Part shown: positions 5,801 to 12,300 of the stretch, in pieces
Layout of the letters: each line of letters begins with the position of its first letter
Numbering within the stretch: position 1 is the stretch's first letter
DNA from: Phycisphaerae bacterium
GTDB taxonomy: Bacteria; Planctomycetota; Phycisphaerae; UBA1845; Fen-1342
Length of the DNA: 12,300 bases
Reading direction: 5' to 3'
Assembly: GCA_050115495.1 (NCBI GenBank)
Contig: JASFQK010000068.1
Location: 1 to 12,300 of the forward strand
Notes under the pieces: generated by a model
The model's input: only the letters and a program-made list of their open reading frames with translations
What the model was told of the DNA's origin: nothing
Database searches by the model: none
Made by a program: the position numbers and the translations under genes

Positions 5801-6572
5801 TACCGATGCCCTCCTCGTCGCGAGCCGCCTCCAGTGCAGCCGCTAGCACGGGGATCACTGTGCGGGACGCCCGCAGACGCTCGAGTCGCTCGTCCAGACG
5901 ATCGAGTCGAGCGACCACGTCGCGGCGAAGAGCTGCTACCGCCTCCACGACAGCAGCAGCGCTGCTGCTAGCGCCGTCATCCCCAGAGCAAAACCCGACG
6001 ACGTCGTCGTCCACCTCCCTCAACTCGCCGCGCTCCATGCCCTCGCGCAGCAGGTACCGCACACTCGCGCAGGCCTCCCCCCGAGTGATGGTCCCGTCGC
6101 GGTTCGTATCGAGCCCAGAGTTGGCCCCGTAGGCGGCAGACGGCTTCGCATACACGACACTCGTGTCTGGCTGTCCAACGAACGCGGGCGCGAACACGGC
6201 CATGTAGACGTCTCCAACGTCCGCCATGCGACCGACCGCGTTAACGCTGCGGAAATACCTCTCGACCCAGACGAGTTGCTGTTCTGCCGTTAGGTGCGCC
6301 AGCTCAAACTTCGAGGTCGTCCACCCGCGGGTGGACATCGCTGACAGTGCGGCGTTCGTGAACTGGATCAGACCCACGGCCCGACTGTCGTCCACTCGCC
6401 CGCGATAGCGCCCACCACCGACCACCACGTCCGGCCACCAGGTGTAGCCTGTTTCGAACGCAATGACCGCGGCCAGCCAATTTGGGTCGATTTGCAGCGC
6501 CGATGCTACCTCTTTCAGGCGGATCCGGAAGCTCCGTGTCGTCGTGTGCAAATTGCGAATTTGATAGAGCAT
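5793..6572 (-). CDS. Lysozyme-fold lytic transglycosylase (SLT/GH23-like) with EF-hand-like loop, 259 aa
   Basis: IDPNWLAAVIAFETG (catalytic Glu), AVGLIQF, QLxWVERYF, DVYMAVFAP, and DTNRDGTITRGE loop; C-terminal coiled coil. Confidence 0.85.
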   Translation of the reverse strand: MLYQIRNLHTTTRSFRIRLKEVASALQIDPNWLAAVIAFETGYTWWPDVVVGGGRYRGRVDDSRAVGLIQFTNAALSAMSTRGWTTSKFELAHLTAEQQLVWVERYFRSVNAVGRMADVGDVYMAVFAPAFVGQPDTSVVYAKPSAAYGANSGLDTNRDGTITRGEACASVRYLLREGMERGELREVDDDVVGFCSGDDGASSSAAAVVEAVAALRRDVVARLDRLDERLERLRASRTVIPVLAAALEAARDEEGIGSG

Positions 6573-7235
6573 TCAGAACCCCGCTACCCAGACCGATTCA
6601 GTCTTTTTATTCGACACGTCAGTTCCAACACTGACTGGCAAACTCTTATTCACGCCCTCAAAACTCAGAGTCGGCGCGCCAGCACCGTTGAACGTCGCAT
6701 GGTACAGCGCCATTGCGCTGTTTTCGTTGCACCACACGGCAAAGTAGTAGCTGCGCCCTGGGTCCAGCGTCACCGGGGCGACCAGCGCCACGGTATTCAG
6801 CCCGACTACAGGGGTCGCAAATCCTGTAATCGCGACTCTATCTCCAGTCGCAACATCATATATCGCCATCTGTAGACTAGCAGTCCCAGTCACCTGCGTA
6901 AAATAGCAGGCCATCGACGAAATGCCTGTTTGCGACGTGGGAAACACCAGGGCTGCGTAGTAGTCCCCGGAGCCGCCGTCGACCCCAGCCCAAATCTGGA
7001 CAGAGTTCTCGCTTGCAGCTACGGGGTAGACCTCCCAGCCCTGGAGCAGCGGAGCCCCGCCCTCCACTGCGATCTCGAGGCGTTCATTTGCGCCCGGATT
7101 TAGCGTTGTGATTGACACGTTTGCGCCTGCCACGACCTTGTCGGACAGCGCGCCCGGGGTCGTGTCTGCCCCCGTCACCTCGACAGCCACGTCGCTCCCC
7201 GCCGCGTCATACCCACGCCCTCCCACTCGCGTCAT
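6573..7235 (-). CDS. Candidate spike / receptor-binding protein, 220 aa
   Basis: ATGA overlap at 7232-7235. Fibre-like segment VEVTGADTTPGALSDKVVAGANVSIT, then a beta-sandwich-like head (LQMAIYD...PVTLDPGRSYYFAV). The track N-terminus (7787) is shadow frame. Confidence 0.65.
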   Translation of the reverse strand: MTRVGGRGYDAAGSDVAVEVTGADTTPGALSDKVVAGANVSITTLNPGANERLEIAVEGGAPLLQGWEVYPVAASENSVQIWAGVDGGSGDYYAALVFPTSQTGISSMACYFTQVTGTASLQMAIYDVATGDRVAITGFATPVVGLNTVALVAPVTLDPGRSYYFAVWCNENSAMALYHATFNGAGAPTLSFEGVNKSLPVSVGTDVSNKKTESVWVAGF

Positions 7236-7906
7236 CGCGTCCCCTCGATGACGTACCCGCCGCCACCGACGGGAATTGCCACAAACGTGACGACCACGGG
7301 ACCGACGACAGTGCCGCGCGGTGCCAGCTGGAGGCTCCCGTTCGGCGGCAGCGGCGCCGCCGGGCCTCCAGCGATAATCACCGTGCCACCAGCGCCGATT
7401 TGGAATGCCGACACGGTGTGCACTCGCACACCGGCGGCCACTGGTACCGCCGTCACGCCCCCCGCCAACGTGGCGGCGAGGTACACGTACCGCTCTCCCT
7501 CGAGTCTGGCGGCGCCGTCGATAGCCAGGAGCCCCCGACAGCAGCAGTCGTCGTGTGCGGCCAGATCGACGTCGATCGCCGAGTCGCGACCGTCCGCAGC
7601 GGGTCCACCGTCCCGCGAGCACGAGACCCACTCCACCTGGACCAGCCACTGCCGCGCGCCAGGGGCGCTGGCGATAGCAGCAATGGACTGCGGGCGTGCG
7701 CCGAGGCCTGGGGGAATCGTCTCGAAGGACCCCAATGTCCTCGTCACTCCCTGCGCGTCGAACACGGCGTCCACCCGCAATCTCCACACGGACAGCGATG
7801 CCGCGTGCTGCGAGACCCCGATCGTGAGCGACGGGATCTCGTTCCGGCCCGCGTCGCGGGCGTGTAGCCCGAGACGCGGGATCTGTCCACGGATGACTCG
7901 AGCCAT
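7232..7906 (-). CDS. Beta-rich hypothetical virion protein (vertex/spike candidate), 224 aa
   Basis: ATG at 7906 with AGGGG SD, 7 nt after the upstream stop; V/G/A/P-rich strands; CCC motif midway. Confidence 0.65.
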   Translation of the reverse strand: MARVIRGQIPRLGLHARDAGRNEIPSLTIGVSQHAASLSVWRLRVDAVFDAQGVTRTLGSFETIPPGLGARPQSIAAIASAPGARQWLVQVEWVSCSRDGGPAADGRDSAIDVDLAAHDDCCCRGLLAIDGAARLEGERYVYLAATLAGGVTAVPVAAGVRVHTVSAFQIGAGGTVIIAGGPAAPLPPNGSLQLAPRGTVVGPVVVTFVAIPVGGGGYVIEGTR

Positions 7907-7913
7907 GAAGCCC

Positions 7914-8579
7914 CTACACGATGGGCCACTGGCCCGTGTAGACCTCCCCTGTTCGGACGTTGCTCGGCGTGCCCAGGAGACGCAGTGCATGCCCACACGG
8001 GCCCATCACAGGCCCCGCAGCACCCAACGGATAGAACCGCCGGAACACGCCCGTCAGTCCCTCCTCAGTATACGCATTGCCCGACGCCGTGATGTCCTGC
8101 GCGCCGGGATGGTATCCCGGTCGCAGCCCCTTCAGGACGATGACGTCACTCCCCACGCCGAGCAGGGTGACTGACAGGAGTCCAGCAAACTCCGCGGCGA
8201 CCAATGGCTGCACGATGGCAGCCACCTGAGCTGCTGTGCCGGCCGCACTAATGTCTAGCTCCACGTTTCCGGCACCAGGCACATTGGTTCCGTCCACGTC
8301 GTACTCAAATGTGACAACCTGCGAGCGAATGTTCGCAGAACCCGAACTTCCGTCTCCCTGCTGACCGTATTGGAGACAGGAGACTTGCATCGTCTCCCCG
8401 TTCGCGTAGCTTCCCGGCGCGCCATTCTGCCAGTTCCTCGCGGCTCGCGACCGCAGCAACTGTTGCCGAGTGTCTGTCGCGTAGGGCTCGTACTCCGGGG
8501 GGAGCGCCGCGTAGGACGTCCCCCCATACTGCACGGGGGCTGCCCCCGCCGGGATGTAGTACTCAGTTGGATACGACAT
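7914..8579 (-). CDS. Hypothetical virion protein, 221 aa
   Basis: AGGAG SD. Internal module NGETMQVS...VTFEYD...GNVELDISAAGTAAQVAAIV resembles, from recall, modules of surface and virion proteins. Confidence 0.7.
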   Translation of the reverse strand: MSYPTEYYIPAGAAPVQYGGTSYAALPPEYEPYATDTRQQLLRSRAARNWQNGAPGSYANGETMQVSCLQYGQQGDGSSGSANIRSQVVTFEYDVDGTNVPGAGNVELDISAAGTAAQVAAIVQPLVAAEFAGLLSVTLLGVGSDVIVLKGLRPGYHPGAQDITASGNAYTEEGLTGVFRRFYPLGAAGPVMGPCGHALRLLGTPSNVRTGEVYTGQWPIV

Positions 8580-8591
8580 ATATATCCACTC

Positions 8592-9089
8592 CTACGTAAT
8601 GTACCGGCAATAGAGTGCCAGCGAGATCAACGCATCCTCGAACCGCGGTTCGTCGATAGGATTGTTCGCCTTCCACCTGAAGGCGACGTCGAGCTGTGGA
8701 CTCGCGTTGGTCAGCTGGATACGGACGAGTCGAGGGACCTCCACCGACAGCGCACTGAGTGTGACAAACGACTCCTCCAGCGCAGTGGCGGCCGCATCTT
8801 CCAAGCGATTGGTGAACCTCTCCTCTTGGTTCGCTCCTACGGCGCACTGGATGTCGTCCGTCGTGGGGCCCAAGAGCCCACCACCGTCGTCATTCAGCGT
8901 GACAACGGTGGCGAAAAACCCAACGATTTCGACAGGGCGATTCCAGCGCAACGGGAGACGCCCAGTCTCCTGCTGGGCGCGACCCAACTCCGCCTGCACC
9001 TCCCAAGTGAAGGGAGCCACAGGCGCGTGGTTGGCTGCGTACATTTGGCCCGGGTCATACGACCCGGACGAGACGATGGGACCAGGCAT
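8592..9089 (-). CDS. Candidate single jelly-roll capsid protein (small MCP or penton), 165 aa
   Basis: AGGAG SD; directly follows the 284 aa protein; alternating beta pattern (PVEIVGFFATV, LDVAFRW, ISLALYC). ORF solid, fold inferred. Confidence 0.55.
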   Translation of the reverse strand: MPGPIVSSGSYDPGQMYAANHAPVAPFTWEVQAELGRAQQETGRLPLRWNRPVEIVGFFATVVTLNDDGGGLLGPTTDDIQCAVGANQEERFTNRLEDAAATALEESFVTLSALSVEVPRLVRIQLTNASPQLDVAFRWKANNPIDEPRFEDALISLALYCRYIT

Positions 9090-9116
9090 AGCCGACTCCT
9101 AGTAGCGCGCTCCTAC

Positions 9117-9971
9117 CTAGTTGCCGCTAGGCAGCTGTACCTCGATACCGTACAAACGCATGGTCAAGTCGATCACGATGTTGTCTGGTGCCTGGAAGGA
9201 ATCAGGGTCGTCGATATCGCCGCGGAGCGAGATGGGGACGACGATGGGACGCTCCAGACGCGCCCTCGCAATGAACTCACCGTCGGGCTCTCCGTCACGC
9301 CTCCAGACATATCCCTCCGGAATCTCGTATCGGTTGTCCGATTCCGGCACCCCGTTCGCTCTCACGTAGGAGGCCGCCCCACCCTGCGGGAGGAGGTCGC
9401 ACACGCCCAGCTTCTCGGTGCGCTTCCTGTCCCACTCAAATTCCAGCGACAGCAACGGAATGGCCGACTGGAACAACCCCTGCTCGAAATTCGCCGGGGC
9501 TTGTCCCTGCGGGACCATTACGATGGCGGCAGGATCCCAGATGGGAGTCGTGCCGGCGAACATTGCCACCACATCGGCGTCCGACACCGGCGTCGCCACC
9601 ACTTCCGACCCGCTCGCGTAGTTGACGTACATCGCTCGGCACGAGAGTCCCACTCCTTCGATCACAAAATCGGAGGCACCGTTCGTCGATTTCCCCTTTG
9701 CCAAGTTCGTCTCGGCTTCCGATGCCTGGATATTGAGTTGGTTGCCCAAGGTGACGCGATCACCGACTCCGTACGTGAAAAAATCGAGGCGTTGGTTCGC
9801 CCGCGCTACGGCGAAAGCGAGTCCATTCGTTGAGTCCACCTCGACGACCGTGTACACCAGCGAGCGCACCGAATGGTACGGCTTCGTCGACGCGATGAAG
9901 GATTGTCCGGCCTCCTCATAGAGTCCCAGGACCTTGCTTCGTTGGGTCTGAAATAGGGGCTTGTCTGCCAT
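9117..9971 (-). CDS. Candidate major capsid protein, jelly-roll type, 284 aa
   Basis: Strong purine-rich RBS; no TM; acidic and beta-rich (LDFFTYGVG...ETNL...FVIEGVGL; IVIDLTMRLYGIEV); located behind a basic membrane protein. ORF solid, fold inferred. Confidence 0.6.
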   Translation of the reverse strand: MADKPLFQTQRSKVLGLYEEAGQSFIASTKPYHSVRSLVYTVVEVDSTNGLAFAVARANQRLDFFTYGVGDRVTLGNQLNIQASEAETNLAKGKSTNGASDFVIEGVGLSCRAMYVNYASGSEVVATPVSDADVVAMFAGTTPIWDPAAIVMVPQGQAPANFEQGLFQSAIPLLSLEFEWDRKRTEKLGVCDLLPQGGAASYVRANGVPESDNRYEIPEGYVWRRDGEPDGEFIARARLERPIVVPISLRGDIDDPDSFQAPDNIVIDLTMRLYGIEVQLPSGN

Positions 9972-10003
9972 TTTCGTTTCCTCTTTCTCCGTACTGTTGG
10001 CTC

Positions 10004-10501
10004 TTAGAGCCCCATGGCTTCAGCGACTCCCGAGCCATCTCGGCTTCCGTCGCGATAAAACGCGGAGGTTGGGTTATCGCTGTCATCGAGGTACCCTGCG
10101 ACTCCGGTGTCGTAGTCGCGCTGAATGAGCGCTCCGGTGTCACCGGGGCGCACCAGAGCCCCAGCCTCAGCTGGTGCCTGTTGCTGTTGCGTCTGAGCCG
10201 CGGCGCGCGACGCACTGTAGCCGAGTCCCATCGCGTAGCCCGCGGCTCCGATGAGAGCGTAGCCGGCTGGGGCGAGTCGCGGACGGCGCTTCATAGCATG
10301 CCCCGCGATCCCCATTAGCACCGGTGTGGCCCACCAGTTGCGTTGCAGGATGTCCACCCGCGAATTTAACGCATAGTGGCCTAAGTAGGCGACCGCTCCC
10401 GTCGTCGCCTGTAGCGCGGTCCCAGAGACTCCGCCGAGCATGCGCCGGGCCCGTCCTCGTCGTCGCGTCGGACCCGCAGCGCTCTTTCTCTTTTTTGCCA
10501 T
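10004..10501 (-). CDS. Membrane protein with highly basic N-terminus (candidate DNA/membrane-bridging virion protein), 165 aa
   Basis: MAKKRKSAAGPTRRRGRARR; Gly/Ala hydrophobic segments; acidic C-terminus; GAGGTGA SD. Confidence 0.75.
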   Translation of the reverse strand: MAKKRKSAAGPTRRRGRARRMLGGVSGTALQATTGAVAYLGHYALNSRVDILQRNWWATPVLMGIAGHAMKRRPRLAPAGYALIGAAGYAMGLGYSASRAAAQTQQQQAPAEAGALVRPGDTGALIQRDYDTGVAGYLDDSDNPTSAFYRDGSRDGSGVAEAMGL

Positions 10502-10505
10502 CTCA

Positions 10506-11240
10506 TCACCTCGTCAATGCGTATGCGAGCACTGCGCCCGCTACCAGGAGTGGAGTAGTCCCGATCGCCCACCCCGTGCCGGTCGATACGGCACGGGGTA
10601 GAAACGGCTCGTAGGGCTGCTCTGGCTCAGCCAAGACAGCCTCCTGCTGCGCCCGCAGCGCGCCTAGGACCTCTTTACTCGCCGCATCCAGCGGCAGTTG
10701 CTTGCCGGCGGCGCGCTCCCGTTCAAGATGCGCCTCGACGATTTTCATCGCCTCTTCGTGCGCCTGCATCAGGCGGCGGCTGCGCTCACGTCGGGCGAGC
10801 TGGCGGTCGATGACACTACTTGCCTGGTAGGCGCAGTACCCGACCCCGACCACGCCGACCGCGACAATCGCGACGACCGCGGCGGCGGGGAGCGCACCAG
10901 TCTCCATGGGCGCCGATGCCGACGTGTCGATGCCACCGGATAGCCCGCCACCGTCGCACAGTTGCAACGTGCGGTACGTCCAGTACAGGCGCCCCGCTGC
11001 CTCTACCCGATCAGGAGACGCCTGCGGGCGCAGATCTATCTCGAGCTGCTCGCCAACGTAGTTGACGGAGCCAGCCAACGATCCCATCGCCCAGCAGGTC
11101 TCTGCGAGTGAGGCGCGGAATTCGTCCACGCGCTGTGTGATGGGACCGCTCTCCCAGTCCCCCGTGGCTGCACGCACTCGACCCGCGGCTGCATGCGCAG
11201 CCATCAGCGGGTCGTAGTGGGTCCAGACATTCTCTGCCAC
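10506..11240 (-). CDS. Membrane protein with central TM, coiled coil and C-terminal anchor, 244 aa
   Basis: GTG start with GAGGGAG SD; AAAVVAIVAVGVVGVGYCAY; C-terminal PLLVAGAVLAYAL. Confidence 0.75.
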   Translation of the reverse strand: MAENVWTHYDPLMAAHAAAGRVRAATGDWESGPITQRVDEFRASLAETCWAMGSLAGSVNYVGEQLEIDLRPQASPDRVEAAGRLYWTYRTLQLCDGGGLSGGIDTSASAPMETGALPAAAVVAIVAVGVVGVGYCAYQASSVIDRQLARRERSRRLMQAHEEAMKIVEAHLERERAAGKQLPLDAASKEVLGALRAQQEAVLAEPEQPYEPFLPRAVSTGTGWAIGTTPLLVAGAVLAYALTR

Positions 11241-11247
11241 GTCTCCC

Positions 11248-12300
11248 TCACAACAACAGCGCGAGACCAGCGAGCACCGCCAGCGCGGGCGCTACGTCCC
11301 CCACGCCTCCAGACGCAGCTGGACTCGCGCCGTCTCCCGCAGCGGCCGGCTGCGATGGAGCCGACACGGGAGGGGTCGGAGTAGTCGGCGGCGTCGGCGT
11401 GCTCGGCGGCGTCGGCGTGCTCGGCGGCGTCGGCGTGCTCGGCGGCGTCGGAGTCGTGGGCAGCGTAATCGGAGGGATCTCGACCCCCCCGGGGAGCGTG
11501 AGCGGAGGAGTCGTCACCGTACCCGGAGTGGGCGTGCTCGGAGGCGTCGGCGTGGTCGGCGGCGTCGGGCTCGTTGGCGTCGTGGGAGGGGGGGCAGGTT
11601 CGGACTGGGCCTTTTCTTCGGCCCAGGCGGCTAGCTCATCTACGTCCTTCTGTCGCAACTCGCCATCCACCGAGCCGTCGTAGCTGGTCCTCCAGTTCGC
11701 CCAGGCGATGAGAGCCTGTCTGTCCCGGTTGACCCAGCTCGGGAGCAAGTCGCTCGGCTGGCTGCCGTAATCCGGCAGGGCGCCAGCGGCCGCCCCGTCA
11801 GATTTTGACCAGGCAACCAAAATCGCCTTACTTTTCAGTATTTCTGCGGCAGTGACGTCGTCACTGCCAGCACCAGGGATGGGGATAGGGCTAGTCGAGG
11901 TGGGGGTCGACGGAGTCGTGGAAGTACCCCCAGTCGGCCACCACGACTCCGGCAACTTGATCACCTCCCCGACGGGGAAATACTTGAAATTGCGCCCATA
12001 TGACGTCGTGACGGTACTCTTCGTGGGGTTGGCGGCGAAGAGTTCCGTGTACCGGGACGCCGAACCGGTCACCTTTTGCGCCACGCCACCCGGCGTATCA
12101 TTGGGGTCGATAGTGTACGTCTTGCCGTCTACGGCCAACCCTCCCGTATCGTAACGGGAGAGATACCGAGCGGCCGGCACTCGACGACGCACGTAGTCGG
12201 CCCCTGCCCGGGAGAGTGGGCGCCATCGCAGGTAATTGCTCCCACCCCTGCGCATCGCGTCCTGTACGGCGGCTCGCGACACCCCGAGGCGACGCGCCAC
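11248..12300 (-). CDS. LysM-domain, Pro/Thr-linker, tail-anchored protein (5' end probably outside the window)
   Basis: TYTIDPNDTPGGVAQKVTG...LFAANP...GEVIKLP is LysM-like; STPTPP repeats; C-terminal ALAVLAGLALLL; frame open to the window edge. Confidence 0.75.
   Translation of the reverse strand: MARRLGVSRAAVQDAMRRGGSNYLRWRPLSRAGADYVRRRVPAARYLSRYDTGGLAVDGKTYTIDPNDTPGGVAQKVTGSASRYTELFAANPTKSTVTTSYGRNFKYFPVGEVIKLPESWWPTGGTSTTPSTPTSTSPIPIPGAGSDDVTAAEILKSKAILVAWSKSDGAAAGALPDYGSQPSDLLPSWVNRDRQALIAWANWRTSYDGSVDGELRQKDVDELAAWAEEKAQSEPAPPPTTPTSPTPPTTPTPPSTPTPGTVTTPPLTLPGGVEIPPITLPTTPTPPSTPTPPSTPTPPSTPTPPTTPTPPVSAPSQPAAAGDGASPAASGGVGDVAPALAVLAGLALLL
11385..11451. repeat. 18-bp tandem repeat, ~3.7 copies, encoding STPTPP
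   Basis: TCGGCGGCGTCGGCGTGC at 11385, 11403 and 11421, partial at 11439; degenerate copies at about 11530-11585. Confidence 0.9.

Larger units (their letters stand above)
1..12300 (-). mobile_element. Tailless (jelly-roll type, likely internal-membrane) bacteriophage or provirus with rolling-circle Rep; partial genome
   Basis: Single co-oriented gene array with ATGA/GTGA/TGATG overlaps. Contains HUH Rep, lysis genes, many small TM proteins and beta-rich structural-looking proteins. No housekeeping genes and no head-tail hallmark genes. Confidence 0.8.

Noticed and set aside
7236..7787. N-terminal extensions of track ORFs (6573..7787, 3097..4281, 4881..5264, 1759..2157) as overlapping genes or frameshift products
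   Set aside because: Extensions are low-complexity Arg-rich shadow frames; internal starts with SD sequences or stop/start overlaps fit better; no slippery site noted.
8370..9833. 487 aa + strand ORF, and the other long + strand ORFs (e.g. 7248-8174, 3368-4219, 1830-2459)
   Set aside because: Antisense shadows of well-coupled minus-strand genes in high-GC DNA; Arg/Pro/Ser-rich with no recognisable motifs.
11385..11451. 18-bp repeats as CRISPR or iterons
   Set aside because: Head-to-tail, in frame, and explained by the STPTPP linker.

Overview
High-GC 12.3 kb window that reads as most of the genome of a small tailless, probably membrane-containing bacterial virus or provirus. About 20 tightly coupled genes lie on the minus strand. 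In transcription order (right to left) they are: a LysM / Pro-Thr-linker tail-anchored protein; two membrane proteins; a 284 aa and a 165 aa beta-rich protein (candidate jelly-roll capsid proteins); three candidate vertex/spike proteins; a lytic transglycosylase and holin-like gene; a ParB/Srx-like domain; two tandem paralogous 38-40 aa prepilin-like micro-peptides (both missed as separate ORFs by the track); a poly-Ser membrane protein; an Arg-rich protein ending in an SSB-like DAIPF tail; an uncharacterised tail-anchored enzyme; a GT2-type glycosyltransferase; two Zn-finger micro-proteins; and an HUH rolling-circle Rep with an atypical HxN motif. The rep gene is preceded by a candidate antisense small RNA and followed by a hairpin, a 22-bp direct repeat and a promoter (candidate origin/switch). 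No terminase, portal, tail, integrase or packaging ATPase is visible in the window. All family calls come from motif recognition by eye; no searches were run.
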